A stretch of DNA of 64,000 bases from Bacteroidota bacterium (GCA_043800695.1 JAZDMU010000002.1:27944-91943), one strand, 5' to 3'; positions 1 to 11,300 are shown, counted from the stretch's first letter. A program made the numbers and translations. The notes: a model not told the origin generated them from the sequence alone.

Positions 1-286
1 CAATAATTCAGGACAGGTCATTTCCTGGGCTTCTGCAGGAAAAATGGGGTTTAAGGGCTCCAAGAAAAATACACCATATGCTGCACAGATGGCATCGGAA
101 GAATGCAGTAAAGTAGCTTTTGATCTTGGACTGAGAAAAGTTAAAGTTTTTGTAAAGGGACCGGGATCAGGACGTGAATCAGCGATCAGGGCTATTGCTG
201 GTACAGGCATCGAAGTTACTGAGATAGTTGACGTTACCCCAATGCCGCATAACGGCTGCCGGGCTCCCGGAAGAAGAAGAGTTTAA
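1..286 (+). CDS. rpsK: 30S ribosomal protein S11 (5'-truncated by window)
   Basis: Frame open from position 2; contains [13 protein letters not shown] and [11 protein letters not shown]; lies before rpsD-rpoA. Confidence 0.98.
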   Translation, partial: NNSGQVISWASAGKMGFKGSKKNTPYAAQMASEECSKVAFDLGLRKVKVFVKGPGSGRESAIRAIAGTGIEVTEIVDVTPMPHNGCRAPGRRRV

Positions 287-318
287 TATAATAAGTAAGT
301 TCAAATATTTTAATAGAC

Positions 319-927
319 ATGGCAAGATATACCGGCCCAAAATCAAGAGTCGCAAGGAAATTCGGAGAGGCAATCTTTGGCCCCGATAAAAACCTGGACA
401 GAAAGAATTTTCCTCCAGGACAGCACGGGATGATGAAGAAGAGAAAGAAAACCTCGGAATATGGCATCCAGCTCAGGGAAAAGCAGAAAGCCAAATATAC
501 CTATGGGGTTCTTGAGCGTCAGTTCCGCAACACTTTCGAAAAGGCTTCAAGAGCCAAGGGTGTTACCGGCTCGGTTCTCCTTCAACTCCTTGAGGCACGT
601 CTCGATAACACTGTTTACCGCCTTGGCGTTGCTCCCACGAGAGCCAGTGCAAGGCAGCTGGTCTCACATCGTCATATTACAGTCAATGGCGAAGTAGTTA
701 ACATCCCTTCATATCAGCTCAGACCCGGAGATATTATCGGTGTCCGTGAAAAATCAAAATCGCTCGAAACGATCGTCGATTCACTGACAACGAGGAGAAC
801 TTCAAAGCTCCCCTGGCTTGAATGGGATGATGCCCAGATGGCTGGCAAATTCATGAATATGCCGGAACGTTCTGATATTCCTGAAAATATAAAGGAACAA
901 CTGATAGTTGAATTGTATTCAAAGTAA
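319..927 (+). CDS. rpsD: 30S ribosomal protein S4
   Basis: MARYTGP start, [23 protein letters not shown] motifs; alpha operon position. Confidence 0.99.
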   Translation: MARYTGPKSRVARKFGEAIFGPDKNLDRKNFPPGQHGMMKKRKKTSEYGIQLREKQKAKYTYGVLERQFRNTFEKASRAKGVTGSVLLQLLEARLDNTVYRLGVAPTRASARQLVSHRHITVNGEVVNIPSYQLRPGDIIGVREKSKSLETIVDSLTTRRTSKLPWLEWDDAQMAGKFMNMPERSDIPENIKEQLIVELYSK

Positions 928-945
928 TTATTTAAGATAAATTCT

Positions 946-1938
946 ATGGCTATATTATCATTCCAGAAGCCCGACAAAGTAATAATGCTGGAAGCAGATG
1001 ACAAACTCGGAAAATTTGAGTTCCGTCCTCTTGAACCTGGCTATGGCATTACTGTTGGAAATGCCCTGAGAAGGATACTTCTCTCATCACTCGAAGGTTA
1101 TGCTGTGACCACAGTCAGGATCGATGGCGTCGATCATGAATTCTCCACAATTAAAGGTGTGATGGAGGATGTTACTGAAGTCATCCTGAACCTGAAACAG
1201 ATAAGGTTTAAAAGAATAGTGGATGATGTTGATAATGAGAAAATTACAGTTAAGATTCATAACCAGGAAGTTTTCAAGGCAGGAAACCTGAATAATGCCC
1301 TGAGCAATTTTGAGGTTCTTAACCCTGACCATGTGATCTTCAGGATGGAACCCGGGACCAAGATTCAGATAGAACTTAATATCTCAAAAGGACGTGGATA
1401 TGTCCCTGCTGAAGAAAATGAACCGGTTGATGCTGAGTTCGGGATTATAGCCATCGATTCAATATTCACACCTGTCAGGAACGTCAGGTACTCGGTTGAG
1501 AACTTCCGTGTTGAGCAGAAGACCGACTACGAAAAGCTTCTCTTTGAGATTGAGACTGACGGCTCGATTCATCCGAAAGATGCGCTTAAGGAAGCTGCCA
1601 AGATACTCATTTATCACTTCCTGCTCTTCTCAGATGAAAAGATAACCCTCGATTCAGACGACAAGCTGGCAAATGAAGAATTTGATGAGGAAGTGCTACA
1701 TATGAGACAACTCCTGAAGACAAAGCTTATCGACCTCGACCTGTCGGTGAGGGCGCTCAACTGCCTTAAGGCAGCTGAAGTTGAGACACTGGGAGATCTT
1801 GTCAAGTTCAATAAGAATGACCTTCTTAAATTCAGGAATTTCGGAAAGAAATCACTTACTGAGCTTGATGAGCTTCTTGAATCCATGAGCCTTTCATTCG
1901 GAATGGATGTAAGCAAGTATAAACTGGATAAAGATTAA
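946..1938 (+). CDS. rpoA: RNA polymerase alpha subunit
   Basis: [21 protein letters not shown]; [12 protein letters not shown] and RNFGKKSL. Confidence 0.99.
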   Translation: MAILSFQKPDKVIMLEADDKLGKFEFRPLEPGYGITVGNALRRILLSSLEGYAVTTVRIDGVDHEFSTIKGVMEDVTEVILNLKQIRFKRIVDDVDNEKITVKIHNQEVFKAGNLNNALSNFEVLNPDHVIFRMEPGTKIQIELNISKGRGYVPAEENEPVDAEFGIIAIDSIFTPVRNVRYSVENFRVEQKTDYEKLLFEIETDGSIHPKDALKEAAKILIYHFLLFSDEKITLDSDDKLANEEFDEEVLHMRQLLKTKLIDLDLSVRALNCLKAAEVETLGDLVKFNKNDLLKFRNFGKKSLTELDELLESMSLSFGMDVSKYKLDKD

Positions 1939-1965
1939 TTTGAAACTGTTTGAGGATAAATAACA

Positions 1966-2490
1966 ATGCGACATTCAAAAGTTATAAATCATTTAGGGAG
2001 AACGAGCTCGCACAGAAAGGCAATGATGGCGAATATGGCCACTTCCCTTATTCTTCATAAGAGGATCAGTACCACCGTGCCCAAGGCGAAAGCATTGAAG
2101 ACATACGTTGAGCCCCTCATAACTAAATCGAAGGAAGATTCAACCCACTCCAGGAGAGTGGCATTCGGCTATCTGAAGGATAAAGCCGCAGTAGCTGAAT
2201 TATTCAGGGAGATATCCCCGAAAATAGCAGAACGCCCGGGAGGGTATACACGGATACTGAAAACCGGGAACAGGATCGGCGACAATGCCGAGATGTGCAT
2301 TCTTGAGCTTGTCGATTTCAACGAGCTCTTGAAAGGCGGTGCAGAAGCTGCAAAAACCAAGACATCAAGAAGAAGAAGGGGACCTAAGAAAAAAGGCGAA
2401 GCTGAAACTGGCGAAAAGAAGACACCCGAAGCAAAGGTAAAAGAGCCTGAGAAGAATGAACAGCCTGAAACGGCGTCTGAAGAAAAGTAA
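1966..2490 (+). CDS. rplQ: 50S ribosomal protein L17 with charged C-terminal extension
   Basis: [11 protein letters not shown] and [10 protein letters not shown] motifs; follows rpoA. Confidence 0.98.
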   Translation: MRHSKVINHLGRTSSHRKAMMANMATSLILHKRISTTVPKAKALKTYVEPLITKSKEDSTHSRRVAFGYLKDKAAVAELFREISPKIAERPGGYTRILKTGNRIGDNAEMCILELVDFNELLKGGAEAAKTKTSRRRRGPKKKGEAETGEKKTPEAKVKEPEKNEQPETASEEK

Positions 2491-2511
2491 CAGACTACAA
2501 AATATTTTGGG

Positions 2512-2542
2512 AAAAAAGGGATAAGTCATTATCCCTTTTTTT
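2512..2542 (+). terminator. Intrinsic terminator after rplQ
   Basis: aaaaaagggataa-gtca-ttatcccttttttt hairpin with T tract. Confidence 0.85.
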
Positions 2543-2574
2543 GTATATTGCACAATTGTTTAATAAATAAATAA

Positions 2575-3858
<1,284 letters not shown>

Positions 3859-3886
3859 TTATCAACAATTGTTAATAACTTTTGTT

Positions 3887-3920
3887 AAAACCGGGTTTAC
3901 AACAACGACCCGGTTTTATT
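3887..3920 (+). terminator. Intrinsic terminator after eno
   Basis: aaaaccgggt...acccggttttatt inverted repeat just after the eno stop. Confidence 0.8.
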
Positions 3921-3949
3921 GCATTATTATACTTCCTGTGCTATTTTTG
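3919..3949 (+). promoter_or_regulatory. Bacteroidota primary-sigma promoter (-33 TTG, -7 TATTTTTG) in front of the candidate ncRNA
   Basis: TTG at 3919-3921, 20-nt spacer, TAnnTTTG match at 3942-3949. Confidence 0.7.
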
Positions 3950-3951
3950 AT

Positions 3952-4452
3952 CTGGCGGGTGAGCGATAAAAGGCTGCTCGAAAGATGTGGAACCGGCTTT
4001 GGTTACTTAACTGAAACACGATCCGGTTCATTCAGGCCTCCGGGCCTGCGCATCAAGAGAGCCGAAGCCCGGATGAAAGGACCTAAAGTCCCGGGTATCC
4101 GGCAGATCGAAGAAAACCGGAAACGTTCTTTCAGAGATTGAGTCACAGGGCTTCAGAAAACAAAAGGGTCTCGGCCCGGAGTGATCTGAAACCGGTGCCG
4201 ATTCCTTCGGGAGACGCGCACCGGAGCCTGAAGGACACTTCGTCCCGGAAAGTCAGGCCGCAAGGCAGGAAGAAAGGGACAGCCGGAAGGTTTTGCCGTA
4301 ACAGGTAAAACCGGAAAGCCAGGGGTTGCAAAACCAGATCGTAAGACCTGTAATGCAGCCGGCCAGAATAACAGTAACCCGACGCCGTAAACGGCCTCGG
4401 CTGTAAACGGTGAATGGGAACTAATCGCAAGAATAGTTCCCATTATTGTTTT
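3952..4452 (+). ncRNA. Candidate ~500-nt highly structured non-coding RNA, family not recognised
   Basis: Own promoter and terminator; many nested helices (gaaccgg/ccggttc, caggcc/ggcctg, cagatc/gatctg, ccggtgc/gcaccgg, ggttttgcc/ggtaaaacc, ggttgca/tgcagcc); cTTCGg, GCAA and GTAA loops; no credible ORF. Confidence 0.75.
4413..4452 (+). terminator. Intrinsic terminator closing the candidate ncRNA
   Basis: aatgggaacta-atcgcaagaa-tagttcccatt followed by attgtttt. Confidence 0.8.
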
Positions 4453-4474
4453 ATAAATATCCCGTTTTTATCTT

Positions 4475-4503
4475 ACCCACCCCATGCCCCTCCCAGGAGG
4501 GGA
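4475..4503. repeat. REP-like palindromic repeat (acccacccc...cccctcccaggagggga), copy 1
   Basis: 27/29 identical to 40420-40448; related to the 11054-11300 cluster. Confidence 0.75.
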
Positions 4504-4516
4504 TTCTATAATTAAA

Positions 4517-4563
4517 CTGTCATTGCGAGGAGTCTCGAGTTACTCGGGATGACGAAGCAATCT
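4517..4563. repeat. GTCATTGCGAGG...GACGAAGCAATC-type small palindromic element
   Basis: Recognisable widespread palindromic repeat layout with inner hairpin ctcgag-tta-ctcggg; only one copy in the window. Confidence 0.6.
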
Positions 4564-4614
4564 TTCTGCCATTATTTCAATATCAGTATCTTTGATCATC
4601 AATCATTTTTAAAA

Positions 4615-6435
4615 ATGGCCTATTCAGGACTTTCCTCCTTTATTGATGATCTCGAACGGAATAATGAACTTACCCGTATAAAAACCTTCGTTGACCCGGT
4701 ACTCGAAATAACCGAAATAACCGACCGCATATTAAAAAATAACGGAAAGGCTCTCCTGTTCGAAAATACCGGTACAAAATTCCCCCTTCTTATAAATGCC
4801 TATGGATCAGATAAAAGACTCTCCATGGCGCTGGGAAGAGATACCCTCGATGACACACCAGATGAAATAACCGAACTCTTTGGAACCCTCACTGCCACAG
4901 GAGGCAGATCACTGAAGGCGCTGAGATCGCTCCTGAAAATATCAGGGTATATGCCGAAAAGAATCAGGGGAAGAGTGAGCTGCCAGCAGGTGGTGGACAT
5001 GGATCCCGATACCGGCATTCTCCCTGTTCTGAAATGCTGGCCTCACGATGGCGGACGATTCATAACCCTGCCGATGGTCCATACAAAACACCCTGAGACC
5101 GGTAAAACCAACGTCGGCATGTACCGCATGCAGATTCTTGACCGGAAAAGCACCGCCATGCACTGGCAGCTTCACAAAACAGGAGCAAACCATTTTGAAG
5201 CATGGAAGAAGGCAGGACTAAGAATGCCGGTTTCCGTCACACTCGGAGGCGACCCTGTCTATGCATATGCCTCCACTGCGCCACTCCCGGAGAACTTCGA
5301 TGAATATATCCTTGCCGGATTTCTCAGAAAGAAGAAGGTGAAACTTGTAAAATGCATCACAAATGATCTCTATGTTCCATCCGATGCCGATATTGTTATT
5401 GAAGGCTATGTGGATCCGGCTGAAGAGCTTGTGTGGGAAGGTCCCTTTGGTGACCATACCGGTTTCTATTCCCTTGCCGGCTGGTACCCCCGTTTCCATA
5501 TAAACTGTATAACCTATTCAGGGAATGCTGTTTATCCGGCAACTGTCGTGGGTGTTCCGCCGCACGAGGATGCCTGGCTCATAAAAGCTGCAGAAAAGAT
5601 ATTTCTTGCACCGGTACGGCTGGCTGTTCAACCTGAAATTGAAGACTTTCACATGCCTGCTGCAGGCGTTGCACACAACCTCGTTCTCGTTAAGATCAGA
5701 AAAACATACCAGGGACAGGGGAAAAAGGTTATAAGCTCTCTTTTCGGCACCGGGCAGATGATGTTTACCAAGTACCTGGTTGTAGTCAGCGGCAGAGTTG
5801 ACATCAGGAACTACAGTGAGCTGATCCGGCATGTGCTTGCTAATACCGATTTCAGAGCCGACCTGGTTTTCACCAGCGGTCCCCTTGATGTGCTCGACCA
5901 TTCATCAGATACTTTTGCAATGGGGGGCAAGCTGGGAATTGACGGTACAATAAAAATGCCGGAAGAAAAGAGACCTGATATAGATTGCGGGAGAATAACC
6001 CGGGATGATCTGCCGGTTACCGTTGTGGGAGTGAATCAGGATGAATCTGCAGATTCAGCTGAAAAATCCAGGGAAGGATTCAGGAACAGGGAGACGATTG
6101 ACAGGTTCAGGATAATCCTGGCAGTTGATCATACGGTGGATATGAATGATATGCACATGGTAGCCTGGCAGGTACTGGGTAATTCAGATCCGCAGCGCGA
6201 TATTGAGATCATCTCCGGTAAAACGCTATATGTTGACGGAACGATAAAAGCATATCATGGTGGCAGGTTCCCACGGAAATGGCCCAACGTCGTTTGCTCC
6301 GACGAAAAAACCATAAAAAGGATAGATCAGATATGGGAATCCCTCGTGTGCGGCCCCTTCATTCCTTCCCCGTCGATGAAAACTTCCGGGTTGCTTCGGG
6401 GAGGCACTGATGAAATAATCACCGGAGAATCCTGA
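4615..6435 (+). CDS. UbiD-family decarboxylase (menaquinone/futalosine-pathway type)
   Basis: NVGMYRMQ and EGPFGDHTGFY motifs, GKLGIDGT; start moved to ATG 4615 because TATCTTTG promoter lies at 4587-4594. Confidence 0.9.
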   Translation: MAYSGLSSFIDDLERNNELTRIKTFVDPVLEITEITDRILKNNGKALLFENTGTKFPLLINAYGSDKRLSMALGRDTLDDTPDEITELFGTLTATGGRSLKALRSLLKISGYMPKRIRGRVSCQQVVDMDPDTGILPVLKCWPHDGGRFITLPMVHTKHPETGKTNVGMYRMQILDRKSTAMHWQLHKTGANHFEAWKKAGLRMPVSVTLGGDPVYAYASTAPLPENFDEYILAGFLRKKKVKLVKCITNDLYVPSDADIVIEGYVDPAEELVWEGPFGDHTGFYSLAGWYPRFHINCITYSGNAVYPATVVGVPPHEDAWLIKAAEKIFLAPVRLAVQPEIEDFHMPAAGVAHNLVLVKIRKTYQGQGKKVISSLFGTGQMMFTKYLVVVSGRVDIRNYSELIRHVLANTDFRADLVFTSGPLDVLDHSSDTFAMGGKLGIDGTIKMPEEKRPDIDCGRITRDDLPVTVVGVNQDESADSAEKSREGFRNRETIDRFRIILAVDHTVDMNDMHMVAWQVLGNSDPQRDIEIISGKTLYVDGTIKAYHGGRFPRKWPNVVCSDEKTIKRIDQIWESLVCGPFIPSPSMKTSGLLRGGTDEIITGES

Positions 6436-6502
6436 CAACCTTATTATTTAGAGATCTTAATTATTTCAGGTACCGTTTTTTACTCTATTTTTGCACTTTC
6501 TG

Positions 6503-7531
6503 ATGATACCTGGTATTTTCTTATATGAATCTGATCTGCATCCTGATGCAGACATGCTTGACGGTCTTGTAAAGTACAGGGTGCAGGAAAGCTTTGCTGC
6601 TGATCCGGCTTTAACCTGGCTGATCTTCGGTGGATTCATTCTTTTAACTGTATGTCTCATCATGATGCTCCAGACCAGGAGACTGGTGAAAACCAGGAAA
6701 CTGCTGAAGGAAAAGGAGAGAGCGCTCGAAGATATTGGGAAACGGAAGGCCGAACTTGAATTCAGGGATAAGAATCTGACAGACAGCCTAATATATGCAC
6801 AAAGAATACAGGAGGCCCTGCTGCCATCAGAAGAATATTTCAGGACCCACTTCAGGGAGTCTTTCATCTTTTTCAGGCCGAAGGATATTGTCAGCGGAGA
6901 TTTTTACTGGATAGGGGAGAAGGATGACAGGATATTCATTGCCGGGGCCGATTGTACAGGTCATGGAGTGCCGGGCGCACTCATGTCTATGATTGGCCTG
7001 GAGATTATTGAAAAAACCATCAATGAAGACAACATAATTATCCCGGCAGATATCCTGGCAGTTCTTAACAAATCTCTCGAAAAGACATTCAGCAGGCAGA
7101 AGAATATCGGTACGATAATCAGGGATGGCATGGACATCGGTCTTTGTGTGATTGACAGGAAAAAGAAGAAGGCGGAATATGCTGGTGCTTTCTTTCCGCT
7201 GTACCTGATTCGCGAGGATAAGCTCATTGAGTTCAGTGGAGACAAGCTGATCATAGGCATGAACACGGCCGGATTGTCATATGCCAATCATGAAATTGAG
7301 CTAATGGACAACGATATCATTTACATCTTCTCTGACGGGTATGTCGATCAGTTCGGAGGAACGGAAAATAAGAAGTTCATGTACCGACGCTTCAGGTATC
7401 TTCTTACTACAATTCACCGGTTCCCTGTAAATGACCAGAAAGCGATCCTGGATGAAAACATTAAAACATGGATGTCGGGGAATCACCAGGTAGATGATAT
7501 AATGGTGATAGGTTTCAGGCCGCTTTCGTGA
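6503..7531 (+). CDS. Membrane-anchored SpoIIE/PP2C-family Ser/Thr phosphatase
   Basis: One TM helix, YAQRIQEA, VSGDFYW, ADCTGHGVPGA, SDGYVDQFGG, QVDDI; TATTTTTG at 6486-6493 favours ATG 6503. Confidence 0.92.
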   Translation: MIPGIFLYESDLHPDADMLDGLVKYRVQESFAADPALTWLIFGGFILLTVCLIMMLQTRRLVKTRKLLKEKERALEDIGKRKAELEFRDKNLTDSLIYAQRIQEALLPSEEYFRTHFRESFIFFRPKDIVSGDFYWIGEKDDRIFIAGADCTGHGVPGALMSMIGLEIIEKTINEDNIIIPADILAVLNKSLEKTFSRQKNIGTIIRDGMDIGLCVIDRKKKKAEYAGAFFPLYLIREDKLIEFSGDKLIIGMNTAGLSYANHEIELMDNDIIYIFSDGYVDQFGGTENKKFMYRRFRYLLTTIHRFPVNDQKAILDENIKTWMSGNHQVDDIMVIGFRPLS

Positions 7532-7539
7532 TTCTGCTG

Positions 7540-8886
7540 CTAAATATACTTTTTAATCTTATCGATAAGTGCTGATGGCTGGAAGGGCTTGCTGATATAA
7601 TCGTCAATTCCTGCCGAGATGCATTTCTCCTTATCTCCCAGCATTGCATTGGCAGTAATGGCAATGATGGGTACATGGGTGTTGGTCGTCGATTCGAGGG
7701 CCCTGATCTTTTCAGCTGCAACAAGTCCGCTCATGACCGGCATCTGGATATCCATCAGGATAAGGTCGTAGCCGGATGTTCCGAACTTATCGAGCGCTTC
7801 TTTGCCGTTCGATGCAGTATCAATGCTGTGCACGAGCGGCTTAAGAGTAAGGTGAGTTATTTTTTGGTTGATGAGATTGTCTTCAACGAGCAGTATCTTA
7901 ATGTCTTTCAGCTCCTTATGGACTTTTTCCTTCTGAATCAATTCCTCTATCTTCGGAGAAGCTGTCTGCTGTCTGGGTTCACGGATGATATTGACGAACG
8001 GAAGGCTGATACTGAGAACTGTGTAGTTGGATCCTGACTCCTGCGTGTAAATGCCTCTTCTGAACGAAATAAGCCTGGCAGCAAGGCTGTGTTCCGCGTT
8101 CTTTTCGTCGATAAGAATAATGTTCTTGTCTGTCTGGATCCTCATTCCAAACGTGGTCTCGCTTGCTGTTTCTTTCTCCTTTTTCAGATTGATGGTAACC
8201 TTTGTAGGCCTGCCGGTATCATGATTTTCAATTATGTTGAAGATATCCAGGAAGATCTGCTTGAGTATTATAGGGTCTCCAAGGCATTCAAAATCGCTGA
8301 ATTCCTTCTTATTGAGGATGAAATCGATGCTGGCTTTATCCTTCAGGCTGTATAATTCAATTGTGTTCTGGATGGTAGAGAGCGGGTTAAACCTGATGTG
8401 TTTCCTGGGTTCCAGACTCAGGTTGCCGGCAGACTGCATTGTTAATTCATTAACAGTGGAGACCATATTTGTGGTTGATGCCACAAATGTCTCAAGCAGC
8501 TCTTTTTGTTTTTTATCAAGTCCCGATTCCATCAGCATGTCGCTGATTATAACCAGATTGTTAAGGGGTTCCCTGATCTTGTGAGAGAAATCGGTTATTA
8601 CATTATCTTTCTTTTCGTTCGATGAGGATACATCGACAATGGAGCTCTTTGCAATGTTCAGTACCCTGACAACCAGCCTTGCAAGATAGATCCCGATGCA
8701 TGCGGAAATTATCATGATTATGCCTGCGATAAGCGGTAGGTCGACCATCAGGAGAATTATGGATAAGATCAATCCGGAAATACCTGAATAGGCAAGCATC
8801 TCAACCAGTTTCCGGTTTTTTTCATAATATTCCCCTGAAAGGTTATGAGTATGCTCGTTCCCTGTGTTTGCTGATTCCCTTACCAT
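7540..8886 (-). CDS. Membrane hybrid protein: 2 TM, HisKA-like, degenerate HATPase, C-terminal receiver
   Basis: FSHKIREPLNNL H-box; receiver LLVEDN...ILMDIQMP...TANA...ISKP. Confidence 0.85.
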   Translation of the reverse strand: MVRESANTGNEHTHNLSGEYYEKNRKLVEMLAYSGISGLILSIILLMVDLPLIAGIIMIISACIGIYLARLVVRVLNIAKSSIVDVSSSNEKKDNVITDFSHKIREPLNNLVIISDMLMESGLDKKQKELLETFVASTTNMVSTVNELTMQSAGNLSLEPRKHIRFNPLSTIQNTIELYSLKDKASIDFILNKKEFSDFECLGDPIILKQIFLDIFNIIENHDTGRPTKVTINLKKEKETASETTFGMRIQTDKNIILIDEKNAEHSLAARLISFRRGIYTQESGSNYTVLSISLPFVNIIREPRQQTASPKIEELIQKEKVHKELKDIKILLVEDNLINQKITHLTLKPLVHSIDTASNGKEALDKFGTSGYDLILMDIQMPVMSGLVAAEKIRALESTTNTHVPIIAITANAMLGDKEKCISAGIDDYISKPFQPSALIDKIKKYI

Positions 8887-9021
8887 AACGTTGTTAATGG
8901 ACTGGTAAATTTAATCAAAATATGAATATACTCCCCGTTATAATAACATCCTTTCGGGGAAAAGGTTATTTTTGCCTTAACGGTACGATATTTGAGCGTT
9001 AAAGGTAAAGCTGTGATGATT

Positions 9022-9783
9022 ATGGAAAGGAATATCAGGATCACTCTTATGATTCCTCTTGCTCTGATTGTCTTTTCTGTTCTGCCTGTTACCGGACAGG
9101 TTCAGGAAAAAATGGTGAAGTTCACTCCTGACTTCAGGTTTAACGACGGCATTTATCTTGAATTTGAGCAAGTTAAGAATAATAATCCTATTCCGAAGGC
9201 CAAACTTCTCACTTCAACCGATTACAACGACAGGGAGTTTTTCAGGAAGCTTCTTGAATCAGGGAAGATATATTATTATGACAACATGGGCATCCGCCAG
9301 GAGGTAATAGCAAGTGAAATATGGGGGTATTCCCGTAATGGGATACTCTACTTCCAGGTGCAGGAGAATTTCAACAGGATTACCTTTGTTGGGAGCATCT
9401 GCCATTTTGTCGCGGACATCACTACATATGATCCGAGATATAATAATTCGCCCTACGGGTACTATGATCCATATTATTCCTATTATTCACCTTATTCAAT
9501 GTATCCGGGTTACGGCTATGGAAGCTACAATCAGGGATCTTATTATTCCCCGTACAGGCAGAGCAATTATGCCAGAAATGAGGTTAAGCAGTACATAATT
9601 GAGTTTGAGTCAGGCAAGGTGATGGAATTTGATATGCAGAATACCGAAATGCTTCTTATGAAGGACACTCAGCTGTACGAGGAGTATGTTCAGCTTCCGC
9701 GAAAGAAACGGAAAGATATGATGTTCGTCTACATTCGTAAATTCAACGAAAGAAATCCCTTGTATATACCAGTAAAAGAATAA
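9022..9783 (+). CDS. Secreted hypothetical protein with Tyr-rich insert
   Basis: Signal-peptide-like N-terminus, long ORF with typical codon use; start (9016/9022) uncertain. Confidence 0.75.
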   Translation: MERNIRITLMIPLALIVFSVLPVTGQVQEKMVKFTPDFRFNDGIYLEFEQVKNNNPIPKAKLLTSTDYNDREFFRKLLESGKIYYYDNMGIRQEVIASEIWGYSRNGILYFQVQENFNRITFVGSICHFVADITTYDPRYNNSPYGYYDPYYSYYSPYSMYPGYGYGSYNQGSYYSPYRQSNYARNEVKQYIIEFESGKVMEFDMQNTEMLLMKDTQLYEEYVQLPRKKRKDMMFVYIRKFNERNPLYIPVKE

Positions 9784-9786
9784 AAT

Positions 9787-10641
9787 ATGAAAAGAATATT
9801 TTTTATCCTGACCGTGCTGTGCTTCACGGTGATGCTTTTCAGCCAGGCACCGTTCCCGAGCAAGAAAGAAATTGAACAGTTCAGCAAATCACAGACTTGT
9901 GTGGTACTTGAAGATGATCCTTTGTCTGATTTCAATTTTTACATAAAGGATGCTATGAAGGAATACTGGACAATTACACCATATGAATTCATCACAGTGA
10001 GTGATTTTAATGTAAGGAGAATCAGCAACTCGCTTTCATTCATTGTACTCACCGATACAAATTACGACAAAGACAAATCAAATTCTGTCTTCAACTTTAT
10101 CAATCTTCTTCAGGGTAAAAGGGTAGATAAGCTCGGAGAAATGCCCGAGATCTGTGCTGTTCCGCTTTCATTTGCCGGAGAAGAGGATAGTGAATACGGC
10201 TATAAGCTCGGAGCGCTCCTGTCGTTCATGCAGAAGCATGCACAACTCATTTTGGAAGACCCTTCCAAAACGGGAAGGAAATATCTTAAATATTACAACG
10301 AGAATATTCCTGCCGCAATGGATAAAACCATTCTTTTCAAGCAGGAGGATCTCGCAGCGGAAATAGGAACAATCGATAAGATAAAGGCTGTTTATAAGAA
10401 CAAGGCTGAGGTTGTTTCTGAAGAGGATATTGTAAACGCAATCAGGAACAAGACTCCCAATACGCTGATATTGCACAAGGTGGGCCCTGTTGGTGAAAAC
10501 ATAAAGGAGGGTTACTGCTTTAAAATGCTGATCGGCACTGATGATGCCAATATGTATTATTACAACCTTCATTCTATTGACAAGAACAATCCGAACGGAT
10601 TCCTGCCGGCAGATCTGAAGCGGCTTGCAAGGTTTGACTAA
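9787..10641 (+). CDS. Secreted hypothetical protein
   Basis: MKRIFFILTVLCFTVMLFSQ signal peptide; 284-aa ORF 3 nt after upstream gene. Confidence 0.8.
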   Translation: MKRIFFILTVLCFTVMLFSQAPFPSKKEIEQFSKSQTCVVLEDDPLSDFNFYIKDAMKEYWTITPYEFITVSDFNVRRISNSLSFIVLTDTNYDKDKSNSVFNFINLLQGKRVDKLGEMPEICAVPLSFAGEEDSEYGYKLGALLSFMQKHAQLILEDPSKTGRKYLKYYNENIPAAMDKTILFKQEDLAAEIGTIDKIKAVYKNKAEVVSEEDIVNAIRNKTPNTLILHKVGPVGENIKEGYCFKMLIGTDDANMYYYNLHSIDKNNPNGFLPADLKRLARFD

Positions 10642-10689
10642 TGCATCATTCCTTAAAAACAGACGTCTTTTCAATAAACTGAACATACT

Positions 10690-11046
10690 ATGGAAGAGGT
10701 TAAAAGTTATTCGGAATCAGAAAGGAACTGGGCTATGCTCTGCCATCTGTCGGCATTTGCAGGTTACTTCTTCCCTTTTGGAGGGATAATCGGGCCGCTG
10801 ATCTGCTGGTTATCAAGAAAAGACGAATCCGCATGGGTCAATGAGAACGGGAAAGCTTCACTTAACTTCCAGTCTTCCATGCTTTTATATATGGTTCTGG
10901 CGATCCCGCTCTGTTTCATCATAATAGGTATCCCTATTGAGATATTCCTGAGCATCCTTGAAATCGTCTGTGTGATCATCGCAAGCGTTAAAGCCTCCAA
11001 AGGCGAAAGATTTAAATACCCGTTAAGTATTCCATTTATACAATAA
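10690..11046 (+). CDS. DUF4870-type small membrane protein
   Basis: ERNWAMLCHLS, GPLICWL, GKASLNFQ, FKYPLSIPF pattern. Confidence 0.88.
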   Translation: MEEVKSYSESERNWAMLCHLSAFAGYFFPFGGIIGPLICWLSRKDESAWVNENGKASLNFQSSMLLYMVLAIPLCFIIIGIPIEIFLSILEIVCVIIASVKASKGERFKYPLSIPFIQ

Positions 11047-11053
11047 TATAGTA

Positions 11054-11300
11054 CACGTACCCACCCTCTTGATCCCCCTCCCCTACAGGCTGGCTCCTCG
11101 CTAAAATAGCTCACCGAGCTATTTTTTTACGCTCGGCCCTCTGCTGACGCAAGGAGGTGGCAGGAATCCACTGATATACAACAAAATAAGCCCCCTCCTT
11201 ATGAAGTAGGGAGGGGGCTGGGGGTGGGTACATGTCGCCCAGAGAAGGGGACAAAGGGGGTGGGTACGTGCCTATAAGAGCGAGGGGGACTGGGGTGAGT
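11054..11300. repeat. Composite cluster of REP-like palindromes
   Basis: Outer inverted repeat cacgtacccacc (11054) / ggtgggtacgtg (11270); inner hairpins aaaatagctc/gagctatttt and gccccctcc/ggagggggc. Confidence 0.75.

Noticed and set aside
3952-4452. tmRNA, group II intron or hammerhead identity for the structured RNA
   Set aside because: No tRNA-like ends with CCA, no domain V motif, no CUGANGA/GAAA core with proper stems
4627-4637. GGACTTTCCTC, reverse complement of the RNase P signature GAGGAAAGTCC
   Set aside because: Lies inside the decarboxylase coding region and the other RNase P conserved blocks were not found; treated as chance
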